Positions 8,407 to 16,869 of a stretch of DNA of 21,148 bases are shown in pieces. The position numbers and the translations under genes were made by a program. Source of the DNA: a virus; IMG/VR virus record IMGVR_UViG_3300027811_000039, positions 1-21,148 of that record; one strand, given 5' to 3'. The notes under the pieces are model-generated. The model was given only the letters and a program-made list of their open reading frames with translations. It was not told where the DNA came from and did not search any database. Every line of letters begins with the position of its first letter. Within the stretch, counting starts at the first letter, position 1.

Positions 8407-9315
8407 TTACTTTTCGGTTGGTTCAGATTTATCTGGTTGCTCCTGTTGTCCCTCCTGCTCTTGTTGTTCTTCCTGCACTGCATGTTCATTGGTTCTAATA
8501 TCAACCGTGTTAATATCATCACCATTATCTACATAATCGGGCATTCCATCTTCTTTGATAACTCCCATATCTCCCTCATATCCCTTTTGGAATTCTATTG
8601 ACATGATACCCCACTTAGATATAAGTTGTCGCAACATGGTCTTAAATGCCATTCCATCAAAATCTTTACTCCAAAATGTGTAGTTCCATCCTTTTTTAAC
8701 ATCATTCCTATATCCTGCTGAATACTGGAGTGCATGAGCCTCCATTTTCTTTTTACTCCAATACATCGTTTTGCGGAATCCATTTGCATATTCAAACATT
8801 GCATAATATCCTACTGTCTTAGCTTTTTCCCTTTCATCTTCATCATCTATAATCATACAAGTTATTTCTTCATTGAGTATGTCATAGTTCTGTAATTCAC
8901 CTTCCTTGATCGCAATTACATTAATCTTTTTGTAATACCCACTCCGTATTGCAAGTTGTAACATTCCACGGTATCCCAAAACGAAAACTGCCACCTTGCG
9001 ACCAAGTTTATTATCATCAAATGGAACCATGTAATATTGACCAAGTTGGGGTGATGGAGATAATTTCAATGTTTCCCCTAAGAGTGCTGCACTTAAAATA
9101 CTGCTATGATCGCAATCGGAAAGTGCTGGGTTTGTTGATACTGCCGAAAGGATAGCTGTCATGAATCTCTGACCATCTTTTCCACCAATAATTTGATTTA
9201 TCTTAGCTTTAACACCTTCTTGTGTCATGAAATTACTGAATGTTGCCTTTGGTTCCTTTTTCACGATATCTGTCCCATTCGCCTTATTAGCCAATTTATC
9301 TTTCAAGTTAGCCAT
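8407..9315 (-). CDS. recT: RecT-family single-strand annealing recombinase
   Basis: STNPALSDC..SILSAALLGETLKLSPSPQLGQYYMVPF, LGYRGMLQLAIRSG, WSKDFDGMAFKTMLRQL. Start placed at MANLK after GGGGGA. Directly downstream of yqaJ. Confidence 0.93.
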   Translation of the reverse strand: MANLKDKLANKANGTDIVKKEPKATFSNFMTQEGVKAKINQIIGGKDGQRFMTAILSAVSTNPALSDCDHSSILSAALLGETLKLSPSPQLGQYYMVPFDDNKLGRKVAVFVLGYRGMLQLAIRSGYYKKINVIAIKEGELQNYDILNEEITCMIIDDEDEREKAKTVGYYAMFEYANGFRKTMYWSKKKMEAHALQYSAGYRNDVKKGWNYTFWSKDFDGMAFKTMLRQLISKWGIMSIEFQKGYEGDMGVIKEDGMPDYVDNGDDINTVDIRTNEHAVQEEQQEQEGQQEQPDKSEPTEK

Positions 9316-9338
9316 TAATTCCAATTCCCCCCGCATAA

Positions 9339-10286
9339 TTATTTCTTACTTTCTGATACAGTAAACCGTCTAGACTTAGTCTCATTGATAAACTTCGCAT
9401 ATAACTCAGCATTAGTGGCCTTGAATCCATTCGTATCAAATCTCTTTGTGACCAACGATTTCCAACTAATTTTATGATTCAACGTGAATCCAGTTTCATT
9501 TTCCCCCATCAACTCTTTGATCTTATTCGCCATTTCATCTTTCTTTGTTCCTATATCTTTCTCCATCTCCTGCAACATCTTGAACTGCACAACCAATTCC
9601 TCTGCCTCATAAGGTAATTCAATCCTACTCTGATTTGAATCTGGATACAGAACTTTAAGCAATTCCGTTGCCGATGCAGATCCGTCCATTTCTGGTGGTG
9701 TATTAGTAGTTACTAATTGCCAAAAATCACTCTCAATCTTATATAGAAAATCAATGATTTCATCGTCTCGCTCAATATCTCGAATTTCAAATTTATTCCC
9801 CCCTATCAATACAGCAATTCTCGCCCATTGCAATCCAGTTACAGCAAGATAATGATGGACTTGTATCGCATATTCCTCTGGTATCTTTCCATCATCCCAT
9901 TCGCCTTTTTTATATTCACCTGCCGTTTTGCATTCCAAGATCCCTTTGCCACGTTCCTTGTCGTGGATCATCCTATCAATATTCGCAAGCATGAACTCTT
10001 TTTTAGGATGCTGCAATATCGCATTCCTTCTGACTACTTTTAGGCCCGATCTCTTTGCATATTCTTTCGCCACGACATCTTCCAATGTGGTTCCCCAATA
10101 CGCTGCTTCCCCCGCCTCCCGGGAATCAATCTGTCCTACCTTTTCCATCCATACTTCAATCGGGCTTTTCCATCTATTCATTCCAGCAATTGCGGAAACA
10201 TCAGACCCGCCAATTCCTAATCGTCTAAACTCATGCCATTGTTCAATACTCATGTTAGTCGTAGATGCTAATGTTAATGCTCCCAT
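9339..10286 (-). CDS. yqaJ: YqaJ-like viral recombinase exonuclease
   Basis: WHEFRRLGIGGSDVSAIAGMNRWKSP, WGTTLEDVVA, ANIDR, ILECKT and YAIQVHHYLAVTG. Confidence 0.95.
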   Translation of the reverse strand: MGALTLASTTNMSIEQWHEFRRLGIGGSDVSAIAGMNRWKSPIEVWMEKVGQIDSREAGEAAYWGTTLEDVVAKEYAKRSGLKVVRRNAILQHPKKEFMLANIDRMIHDKERGKGILECKTAGEYKKGEWDDGKIPEEYAIQVHHYLAVTGLQWARIAVLIGGNKFEIRDIERDDEIIDFLYKIESDFWQLVTTNTPPEMDGSASATELLKVLYPDSNQSRIELPYEAEELVVQFKMLQEMEKDIGTKKDEMANKIKELMGENETGFTLNHKISWKSLVTKRFDTNGFKATNAELYAKFINETKSRRFTVSESKK

Positions 10287-10329
10287 ACTTCAACCCCTTA
10301 ATTTATTGGACAACTTGTGCTACAATGGA

Positions 10330-10608
10330 CTAACAAATAATTTTTTTTACGGTTCCTCTTCTAAGGGGAACTCTTTTTAATGCCTTGATTCCCATTTCCT
10401 CTTTGATGTACTCTATTAGAACACCATTCGGCAACACACTAACTAATTCAAAAAATTCTTCTATGGTCAGTCTTAACGGACTGTCCATTTTACGTTTAAA
10501 TGTACTTTGTGGCATATTCATGCGATTAGCTAATTCCGTCTTATTGTAGTTAGCAAGGATCCTAGCATATTCGATCCTAGCCTTAAATTCCTGCTCATTT
10601 ATTGCCAA
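10330..10608 (-). CDS. Cro-like HTH regulator
   Basis: YARILANYNKTELANRMNMPQSTFKRK HTH. TTG start after GAGGAGGTG. Divergent from the CI-like gene. Confidence 0.75.
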   Translation of the reverse strand: MAINEQEFKARIEYARILANYNKTELANRMNMPQSTFKRKMDSPLRLTIEEFFELVSVLPNGVLIEYIKEEMGIKALKRVPLRRGTVKKIIC

Positions 10609-10858
10609 TTTCTTCACCTCCTCCTCTATATTATACCACCAAATTGTAACTATTTCAATCATTTATGAATCATTTTATTCATAAAAGACACATACTGTAT
10701 ACTTTGAAAAATCTACCTCCTATTTATTTACAATAATCAATTATCATTTTGGGACTTGTCCTATTTTAAATCTTGTCATATAATAACGAAAGGTAATTCT
10801 TCTAATCTGTATGATTTCACATATATATTTACGAAAATGGAAGTGGGGTATCTCATAG

Positions 10859-11218
10859 GTGGAAAACCGAAATTCGCTATTCATGAAACGCTTAAAGGCA
10901 CTTAGGCGGGAATCTGACATTACTCAACCAGATTTAGCTAAATCGCTTGGAGTTTCAAAAGGTGCTGTCGGTCATTGGGAAGTTGGCTCAAGGGAACCAA
11001 GTCTAGAAATGATAAGCAACATCGCCCGAATATTCAAGGTATCGGTGGACTACCTCATGGGTGTATCTAGTTTCAGACAACAAGAAGAAGCAATTGATTA
11101 CCTTCTTTTAAAACTAAGAGAATCTGGCCTCGTTAAACCTAATGACACAATAGACAAAAAAACAGTCGATACGCTAATAAGCTATATCGCTGTTCTTCAA
11201 AAAATAAAATCCAATTAA
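10859..11218 (+). CDS. XRE-family (CI-like) repressor
   Basis: RLKALRRESDITQPDLAKSLGVSKGAVGHWEVGSREPSLEMISNIARIFKVSVDYLMG. Confidence 0.92.
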   Translation: MENRNSLFMKRLKALRRESDITQPDLAKSLGVSKGAVGHWEVGSREPSLEMISNIARIFKVSVDYLMGVSSFRQQEEAIDYLLLKLRESGLVKPNDTIDKKTVDTLISYIAVLQKIKSN

Positions 11219-11346
11219 CTTTCATGCTCAGATTTTAGCAGCTCAATTATAAACTCAATTATCTGCTTAGACATAGGGGTTTTCTCCATTAACTGCTGAT
11301 CTTCTAAGATGGCCCTAAGCTCGGTTACTAATATTTCGCTGCTCAA
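11215..11346 (-). CDS. 43-aa hypothetical protein
   Basis: AGGAGG RBS, TTG start, MSSEILVTELRAILEDQQLMEKTPMSKQIIEFIIELLKSEHES, with a TATAAT upstream near 11393. Confidence 0.5.
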   Translation of the reverse strand: MSSEILVTELRAILEDQQLMEKTPMSKQIIEFIIELLKSEHES

Positions 11347-11476
11347 TAAACATACCTCCTAAATAGAGAATGTTTTACAAATTGTGTACAACCATTATAA
11401 TCCTGTATGTCTTTTTATGGAAGGTTTAGAAATTTCCCAATACTGTCGAATTGCATACATTGTACAAGATATACTA

Positions 11477-11502
11477 AATCCCCAGTTGTAAAACTGGGGA
11501 TT
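11477..11502. terminator. hairpin terminator
   Basis: AATCCCCAGTT-GTAA-AACTGGGGATT. Confidence 0.65.
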
Positions 11503-11600
11503 CTTGTGTTTAGTGATGATATCTCGTTCAATTTAGGTTTTCGCAATTAAATAGTTGAAATCAATTTCGTGATGCCACGGATATGATAAATTAATTTTTT

Positions 11601-12149
11601 CTATAAAGAAAAACCTCTATACGAATCATCAATTTCATCCTGAGTTATCCCTATATACCTTAACGTAACACTCGGCCCCGAATGGTTGAATATTTCCTGC
11701 AACATAGCTACGTCTTTGCTCTCTTTATAATGATGGTATCCAAACGTCTTTCTCAATGTATGAGTTCCGATCTCTCCCATGATGCCCACATTGCTTCCAG
11801 CCTTTTTCATTACCCTGTAATACTGAATTCTATGAATGGGTTTATTAACTCCTTTACGGCTCACAAATAAATAAGCACTTAACTTCATTCCATGAACATA
11901 CTTTTCTAATTCTCTTCTCAAATTATTATTAACTAGAAACCTTTTTGTTTTCCCTGTTTTTTGTTCTTTTAAAACAATATGTTCTTTACCTTTTACATCA
12001 CTAACTTTTAATTTCAAAATATCACTAATTCTAAGTCCTGTATTTATTCCAAATACAAATATCAAATAGTTCCTGTAGCTGCTTTTCATTAATTCCATTT
12101 TTAATTCTTCTATTTTAGACTTGTCCCTAATAGGTTGAACCACATTCAT
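11601..12149 (-). CDS. small tyrosine recombinase (catalytic domain only; resolvase-like)
   Basis: GINTGLRISD (R), EQKTGK (K), HTLRKTFGYH (HxxR), and FNHSGPSVTLRYIG (H, Y). Only 182 aa. TTGAAA-17-TATAAT promoter upstream. Confidence 0.93.
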   Translation of the reverse strand: MNVVQPIRDKSKIEELKMELMKSSYRNYLIFVFGINTGLRISDILKLKVSDVKGKEHIVLKEQKTGKTKRFLVNNNLRRELEKYVHGMKLSAYLFVSRKGVNKPIHRIQYYRVMKKAGSNVGIMGEIGTHTLRKTFGYHHYKESKDVAMLQEIFNHSGPSVTLRYIGITQDEIDDSYRGFSL

Positions 12150-12275
12150 TTATGTACTCCCCCAAATATCTAAAAATATAGCTTGTCCTTCATTATACGA
12201 CATTAGAAGTCTCATTTCAATGGACAATGTTACATTCATTTTTTCAGACACCTATGGCAGTAGGGTTCACCCCTC

Positions 12276-12307
12276 GAATGATACATACTATACAATGAGT
12301 ATCATTC
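12276..12307. promoter_or_regulatory. inverted repeat, candidate recombinase crossover site
   Basis: GAATGATAC-14nt-GTATCATTC directly upstream of the recombinase gene. Confidence 0.45.
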
Positions 12308-12311
12308 AAAT

Positions 12312-12349
12312 TCCCAAAAAAATAAGCCGATATTTCTATCGGCCCAACT
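12312..12349 (-). terminator. terminator, copy 1 of a 38-bp direct repeat flanking mazEF
   Basis: GCCGATA-GAAA-TATCGGC plus a T-run on the minus strand. 36/38 identical to 12993-13030. Confidence 0.75.
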
Positions 12350-12351
12350 AT

Positions 12352-12690
12352 CTAAAAAATTATACTATATATTTTCATTAATACTTCCTCCATGACATCA
12401 TCTGGTAATTTGCAAATAAAAGACGATCCCCTAACTTTCCAATCCATACTCTTTATATGGTCAGTCAGGATAACCCCCTCCACATTTAGTCCTTCTGATA
12501 TTTTTACTTCAAATGGAAATCCTTTTATTTTACTTGTTATTGGGCAAGCTATTAATAATCCTGCTGGTTCATTATAAATTATTGAACTCAAGACCAATGC
12601 TGGCCTCAGTCTTCCTTGTTCTCTTCCAGCTTGAGGATCAAAATTAATCCAAATTACATCACCTTTATCCGGTACATAATTTTTCACCAT
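12352..12690 (-). CDS. mazF: MazF/PemK endoribonuclease toxin
   Basis: YVPDKGDVIWINFDPQAGREQGRLRPALVLS...CPITSKIKGFPFEV...DHIKSMDWKVR. Confidence 0.95.
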   Translation of the reverse strand: MVKNYVPDKGDVIWINFDPQAGREQGRLRPALVLSSIIYNEPAGLLIACPITSKIKGFPFEVKISEGLNVEGVILTDHIKSMDWKVRGSSFICKLPDDVMEEVLMKIYSIIF

Positions 12691-12917
12691 ATTTCCTTGC
12701 CTACTGGATTTCCCCAATCAGTTTCCTCATGCCTATTCTCTGGCGTTATTTGAGATACTAACTCAGCAAGATTATATCTTTTTCTCTTAATAACTATATT
12801 TCCATTTTCAATTTTAATAATCACAGGAGTCCCCTCTTTGATCTTTAACTCGTTTGCAAAAACTAATGGGATCCTTATCGCAATACTATTTCCCCACTTC
12901 GTTATTGTTGTTTCCAA
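12684..12917 (-). CDS. mazE: MazE (AbrB-fold) antitoxin
   Basis: ITKWGNSIAIRIP...YNLAELVSQITPENRHEETDWGNPVGKEIW. Overlaps the mazF start. Confidence 0.95.
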   Translation of the reverse strand: METTITKWGNSIAIRIPLVFANELKIKEGTPVIIKIENGNIVIKRKRYNLAELVSQITPENRHEETDWGNPVGKEIW

Positions 12918-12932
12918 TAAAATCACCTCCAT

Positions 12933-12951
12933 GTATATACAAAGTATATAC
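12933..12951. promoter_or_regulatory. mazEF autoregulatory operator
   Basis: Tandem palindromes GTATATAC-AAA-GTATATAC just upstream of the mazE RBS. Confidence 0.6.
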
Positions 12952-12992
12952 TATTGATATATATCTGTCAATATAACATCAGATCTAAATAA

Positions 12993-13030
12993 TCCCAAAA
13001 AAATAAGCCGATATCCCTATCGGCCCAACT
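12993..13030 (-). terminator. terminator, copy 2 of the 38-bp direct repeat
   Basis: GCCGATA-GGGA-TATCGGC plus a T-run on the minus strand. Ends the upstream minus-strand gene cluster. Confidence 0.75.
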
Positions 13031-13368
13031 CATTCCCTCAACACAATATTTTTATCTGACAATCCATCTTCAATAGCCCTATGTGCCACCACTCTCATTA
13101 TCTCTATCGGAATATTACACGATGTTGAAAGTTGTAATGCCACGGTCAACATTGTGGATATATATGCCATTAACATCCCGGGACTGATTTCGCCCATGCC
13201 AAAAGGTTTAACGACCATTAATGCACTAGAACTATCATAACTCTCAATGACCCCACCAAATACGCTTAAAGCATTTTTAGTAAAACATCCTTCTATGTAT
13301 TTGATTTCAACATTTACCTTCGGATCATTTACTATGTCCCTATGATTTTTGATATCAAAATTTATCAC
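13030..13368 (-). CDS. hypothetical phage protein
   Basis: ORF in a tightly packed minus-strand operon. Confidence 0.6.
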   Translation of the reverse strand: MINFDIKNHRDIVNDPKVNVEIKYIEGCFTKNALSVFGGVIESYDSSSALMVVKPFGMGEISPGMLMAYISTMLTVALQLSTSCNIPIEIMRVVAHRAIEDGLSDKNIVLRE

Positions 13369-13376
13369 TCCACAAC

Positions 13377-13658
13377 TTACTCCTTTTTACCACCATTAAA
13401 TCGTAATCTCATGATCTCAATCAATTGATCCATATCATATATTTTTCGCTTCTTTAACTCACTATTAAAATTTCCATTAAAATATCTCCATGTTACCTCA
13501 TGAGCAATAACCCAATATCTATTATGTTCCTTAACTGCTCCCAATAGTTTCACAAGATCCAATGCCCTCTGATAATCACATTTGCCATCTAGTACCATGA
13601 CAATCTGCTGAAATTCACTAACCGTCAATCTATCTGGAAACTTAAAATAATTTGCCAA
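13377..13658 (-). CDS. hypothetical phage protein
   Basis: ORF in the operon with a GAGGTG RBS. Confidence 0.65.
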   Translation of the reverse strand: MANYFKFPDRLTVSEFQQIVMVLDGKCDYQRALDLVKLLGAVKEHNRYWVIAHEVTWRYFNGNFNSELKKRKIYDMDQLIEIMRLRFNGGKKE

Positions 13659-13662
13659 CCAC

Positions 13663-13848
13663 TCAACACCTCTTGCTCTTGTGTTTTTCCAAGAATCTCA
13701 CAAGCCTAAGTTGCTCTTCCATAGTCATCATAAATAATTCTTTTTCGGGCACTTCCCCTACATTACAAACCCACTTCTTTGTTATCTCGCTGCAATAACT
13801 TACGGTGCCATCTCTATGAGTTTTAATTTTTGTAAATCTTCCACTCAC
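13663..13848 (-). CDS. hypothetical phage protein
   Basis: ORF in the operon with a GAGGTG RBS. Confidence 0.65.
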   Translation of the reverse strand: MSGRFTKIKTHRDGTVSYCSEITKKWVCNVGEVPEKELFMMTMEEQLRLVRFLEKHKSKRC

Positions 13849-13862
13849 CTATAGTCACCTCT

Positions 13863-14120
13863 TCAATTAAATCTGGAATAAACACTCAATGATCCCTTCT
13901 CTGAAATATACATCCCAATAGGGATCCCATTTTGATGCTTGACCTCAACTTTATAATCTAATTTTATGTGCCCATAAACGTGTTCACTAAATAACATGAA
14001 CGCTATGTTTCCATCTGCTACAACATTTCTTATTAGATCAACACATGGGAACCCTTCACCCCTACAATCAGATTTGCACCCTATCGGAACAATCATTGGC
14101 TCTATATTATCAATCTTCAT
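13863..14120 (-). CDS. hypothetical phage protein
   Basis: GGAGGGG RBS and overlap with the upstream ORF. Confidence 0.65.
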   Translation of the reverse strand: MKIDNIEPMIVPIGCKSDCRGEGFPCVDLIRNVVADGNIAFMLFSEHVYGHIKLDYKVEVKHQNGIPIGMYISEKGSLSVYSRFN

Positions 14121-14337
14121 TCCCCTCCCCCCTTGAATATAATTCTGGCCTAGCTGGAATTATTGGATCAAATCCCATAGGTGAATAATTCCACTCCTTG
14201 CCACATTTAGGACAAAATATATTTTGGCTCAATCCACCCCTCGGCCCATCCCACATCTTTTCATTTTTGCAATTAGGACATTTTTTCTTCGGATATGGAA
14301 TGGGTATGCCATCAATAATAAAATTCAACTTCCTCAC
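14110..14337 (-). CDS. small zinc-ribbon protein
   Basis: CPNC...CPKC motif pair. Confidence 0.7.
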   Translation of the reverse strand: MRKLNFIIDGIPIPYPKKKCPNCKNEKMWDGPRGGLSQNIFCPKCGKEWNYSPMGFDPIIPARPELYSRGEGNED

Positions 14338-14338
14338 C

Positions 14339-14467
14339 TCAATCTAGAAGCAATAATGTAAAGACTAATGCCGAAACAAGATATGTCACATTAAATGAGC
14401 CAACTTTACTCTCATTTCTGAATGCAAATAAATTACCTACTGCCATTAGGAATAATAGCATTTTCAT
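14339..14467 (-). CDS. 42-aa hydrophobic peptide directly after array 2
   Basis: Hand translation MKMLLFLMAVGNLFAFRNESKVGSFNVTYLVSALVFTLLLLD. Weak RBS, but it fills the gap between the array and the next ORF. Confidence 0.4.
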   Translation of the reverse strand: MKMLLFLMAVGNLFAFRNESKVGSFNVTYLVSALVFTLLLLD

Positions 14468-14469
14468 AA

Positions 14470-16855
14470 TATCACTCGTCTCAAATGATTTAATTACCTT
14501 TGATGGTTCACTTATAGTATTTGGTGCTCTTCTGGTTCTTGGTTCGCTTGAACAACGTGTTTCTATTCCGTTGTTTGGCTCACTCTCAATTTTGTTTCAA
14601 TCAAGCGTACTGGTTCGCTTCCGCGGACTGACAAATCGAACATATTGGCTCACTCACTTGGGCTGCTGCTATCATCATAATTGGCTCGCTCTTGGTAATC
14701 TGGTGAAATCACATCTGCTGGCTCGCTTTATGAACTTGATGTTTACTTGTCTTCTGGCTCGATCTCGTTTAATGGTACAACTCCATGCATTCGGCTCACT
14801 CAAAAAAGTTGATACTATCCATTAGTGTGATTCACTATCGCATAATGATACAATCCTATTTTCTGGTTCAATCTTAGAGTGTGGTTCTCTCTATTTCTAT
14901 GGTTCGCTACCTCTCAACGGTTACAATCATTTTCATTGGCTCGTTCTTCTTCAATGTTACAATTTGGTTCGATAACTCGCTTCTCCCATATTGAATTAAT
15001 CGGGTGCTTTGGCTCACTCCAATTCTGTGAAATATTCTTAATCAGTGATTCACTTTAGATCATATGGTATTCTCCACTCTGTCGGTTCGCTATCCTGTGA
15101 TGGAATAATTCATTCCTTACGGCTCACTTCTTAAGTACGATACAATCCGGTGATATGGTTCACTTCCAGAAAGTGATACTATCTGCAATTCTGGTTCACT
15201 ATGTATTTTGGGTATCTCTTGCCACGGTTCGCTCTGTGGCATTGGTCTAATCCTTCTAGATGACTCGCTCATAACTACTGATACAATCTGTTGCATCGGC
15301 TCACTATCCTGTAATGTCACAATCTTTCCCTCTGGTTCATTATTTGTTCTTGGTACACTTCTAGGTTTTGATTCACTCACTCTTAATTGGAATAAAATCA
15401 TTGAATTTGGATCACTCTATATTTGTGGATATCTCTTGCCACGATTCACTCGGGGTACTCGGTACACTCTCAGTTTGTGATTCGCTAGAATAAAATGATA
15501 GATCTCTTGTTGTGGCTCATTCTGTTCATCTGTAATAATCCATTTATTTGGCTCACTCGTTAATTTTGGTACTCACAAGTATCCCGGTTCACTCGGAAGG
15601 GTTGGTGCAATCCCAATCTTCTGATTCGCTTATCGTATTTGTTACTTTCAACTCAAAAGGCTCGTTCAAGTGCAACGATGCTATCTCAGTTCGTGGCTCA
15701 CTGTCTTGAAATGAATAATCTAACTGATTGGTTCGCTCGGATGTTCTGTAAATAATCTGCCAGATTGACTCACTCGTTACTTTTGGCACTCTCAAACATT
15801 CTGATTCATTCGGAAGGGTTGAAATAATCCTTATCTGTGATTCACTCGTAAAGTTTGAAACTATCGAGTTCTATGGTTCACTCTCATAACTCTGCACATT
15901 CGATGATTATGGTTCACTCAATGGATGCGATACAATCTAGGAATATGGCTCACTCGTAAAGTTTGAACTATCAGTTATTTTGATTCACTCTGATTGGGCG
16001 ATACTATCAAGTCCTATGGTTCACTTTATGGGAATGGTGTGCTCTGATCTAATGGATCGCTGAAATATTTTGGTGTGCTCGACAGTTTTGGCTCACTCTA
16101 CGAGATTGGTGCCCTTACTTCCTTTGATTCACTCGTTATCCCTGCTACATTCATTTAACATGATTCGCTCACAAGATTTCGGTGCTGTCCAAGAATATGA
16201 CTCGCTTACTATATTTGATGCAATCATTCTGCATGGCTCACTCACATGGAATGTTACTTTCAAGACAATTGGATCGCTCATAGACAATGTTACGAATCCG
16301 ACTTGTTGACTAGATGGTGTGCTATTACGCCAAAAGGGAATACCAAGTGTAACTCTACCGCAACCTCCAAGTTATACGCTTTCCTTCATCTATAGCTTTT
16401 GTGTTACCTTGTCACTATAAATACATCGGTATCATCGTAACACTACCGTATTCATTTTCCTTCATCAGGTTCAGATTGCTTATAATACGGAAAAACAATC
16501 AAGTCACAAATAGCCATTGCCCTACTCCTTAGATGGATTACATAAGTAATCAGCTTTCCAGCCATGGCTGCTTCTAAGCCAACATCCCATCCATTACACA
16601 ATTCACTTTTATGGGATGATTAAATCACGCTTGTTGGTTCGCTCCCCCACCGTTTATAATCTCTGTTTCTGACTCACTAAGAGTTTCTGATTTATCGGCT
16701 ATCATGGTTCGTTATGTGTACTTGGTTCTCTCATTTCCAATTGCTCTCTCGTTGTACTTGATTCTCTCATTCATTATGGATCGCTCTTGTAGCATGTTAT
16801 TAAATCGCGGGTTATGACTCGCTCAAACAGGATGTTATATCGTTTGCTCTGGCTT
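14470..16855 (-). repeat. TIGR-like array 2 (tas-linked), about 58 units of 36 nt
   Basis: Example on +: tggttcact tatagtatt tggtgctct tctggttct tggttcgct (9+9+9+9). I counted about 51 units at 14470-16311 and 7 at 16599-16855. The array begins about 15 nt after the tas stop codon on the same strand. Confidence 0.9.
16311..16594 (-). ncRNA. putative structured RNA mimicking the 23S rRNA uL11-binding domain (H42-H44), inserted in array 2
   Basis: Minus strand: TGGATGG-GATGTTGGCTTAGAAGCAGCCAT-[28 nt]-CATCTAAGGAGT-[AGGG..~190 nt..CCCTTTTG]-GCGTAATAGCACA-CCATCTA. The 23S consensus as I recall it is GGATGTTGGCTTAGAAGCAGCCA(T/C)CATTTAAAGAGTGCGTAATAGCTCAC. Confidence 0.7.
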
Positions 16856-16869
16856 AAATCTTTTATAAT

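Noticed and set aside
16296-16308. 13-nt match AATCCGACTTGTT to the rep-leader hairpin (2176-2188) as self-targeting
   Set aside because: The partner spacer does not match the adjacent sequence, and one 13-mer match is expected by chance at these lengths.
14571-16309. ORFs within array 2 on both strands, or the idea that the array encodes a repeat protein
   Set aside because: Frames are broken by frequent stops and 1-2 nt unit-length changes. Conservation is at the nucleotide-motif level.
16455-16470. CTGATGA...GAAA on the minus strand as a hammerhead ribozyme core
   Set aside because: There is no room for stem II between CTGATGA and GAAA, and I found no supporting stems.
16311-16594. True 23S rRNA gene or assembly chimera
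   Set aside because: Only about 50 nt match, in three pieces, with a replaced but pairing closing helix and no flanking rRNA sequence.
14470-16855. CRISPR array interpretation (both arrays)
   Set aside because: Repeats are two alternating degenerate 9-mers with ~9-nt spacers, not 23-47-nt identical repeats, and no cas genes are present.
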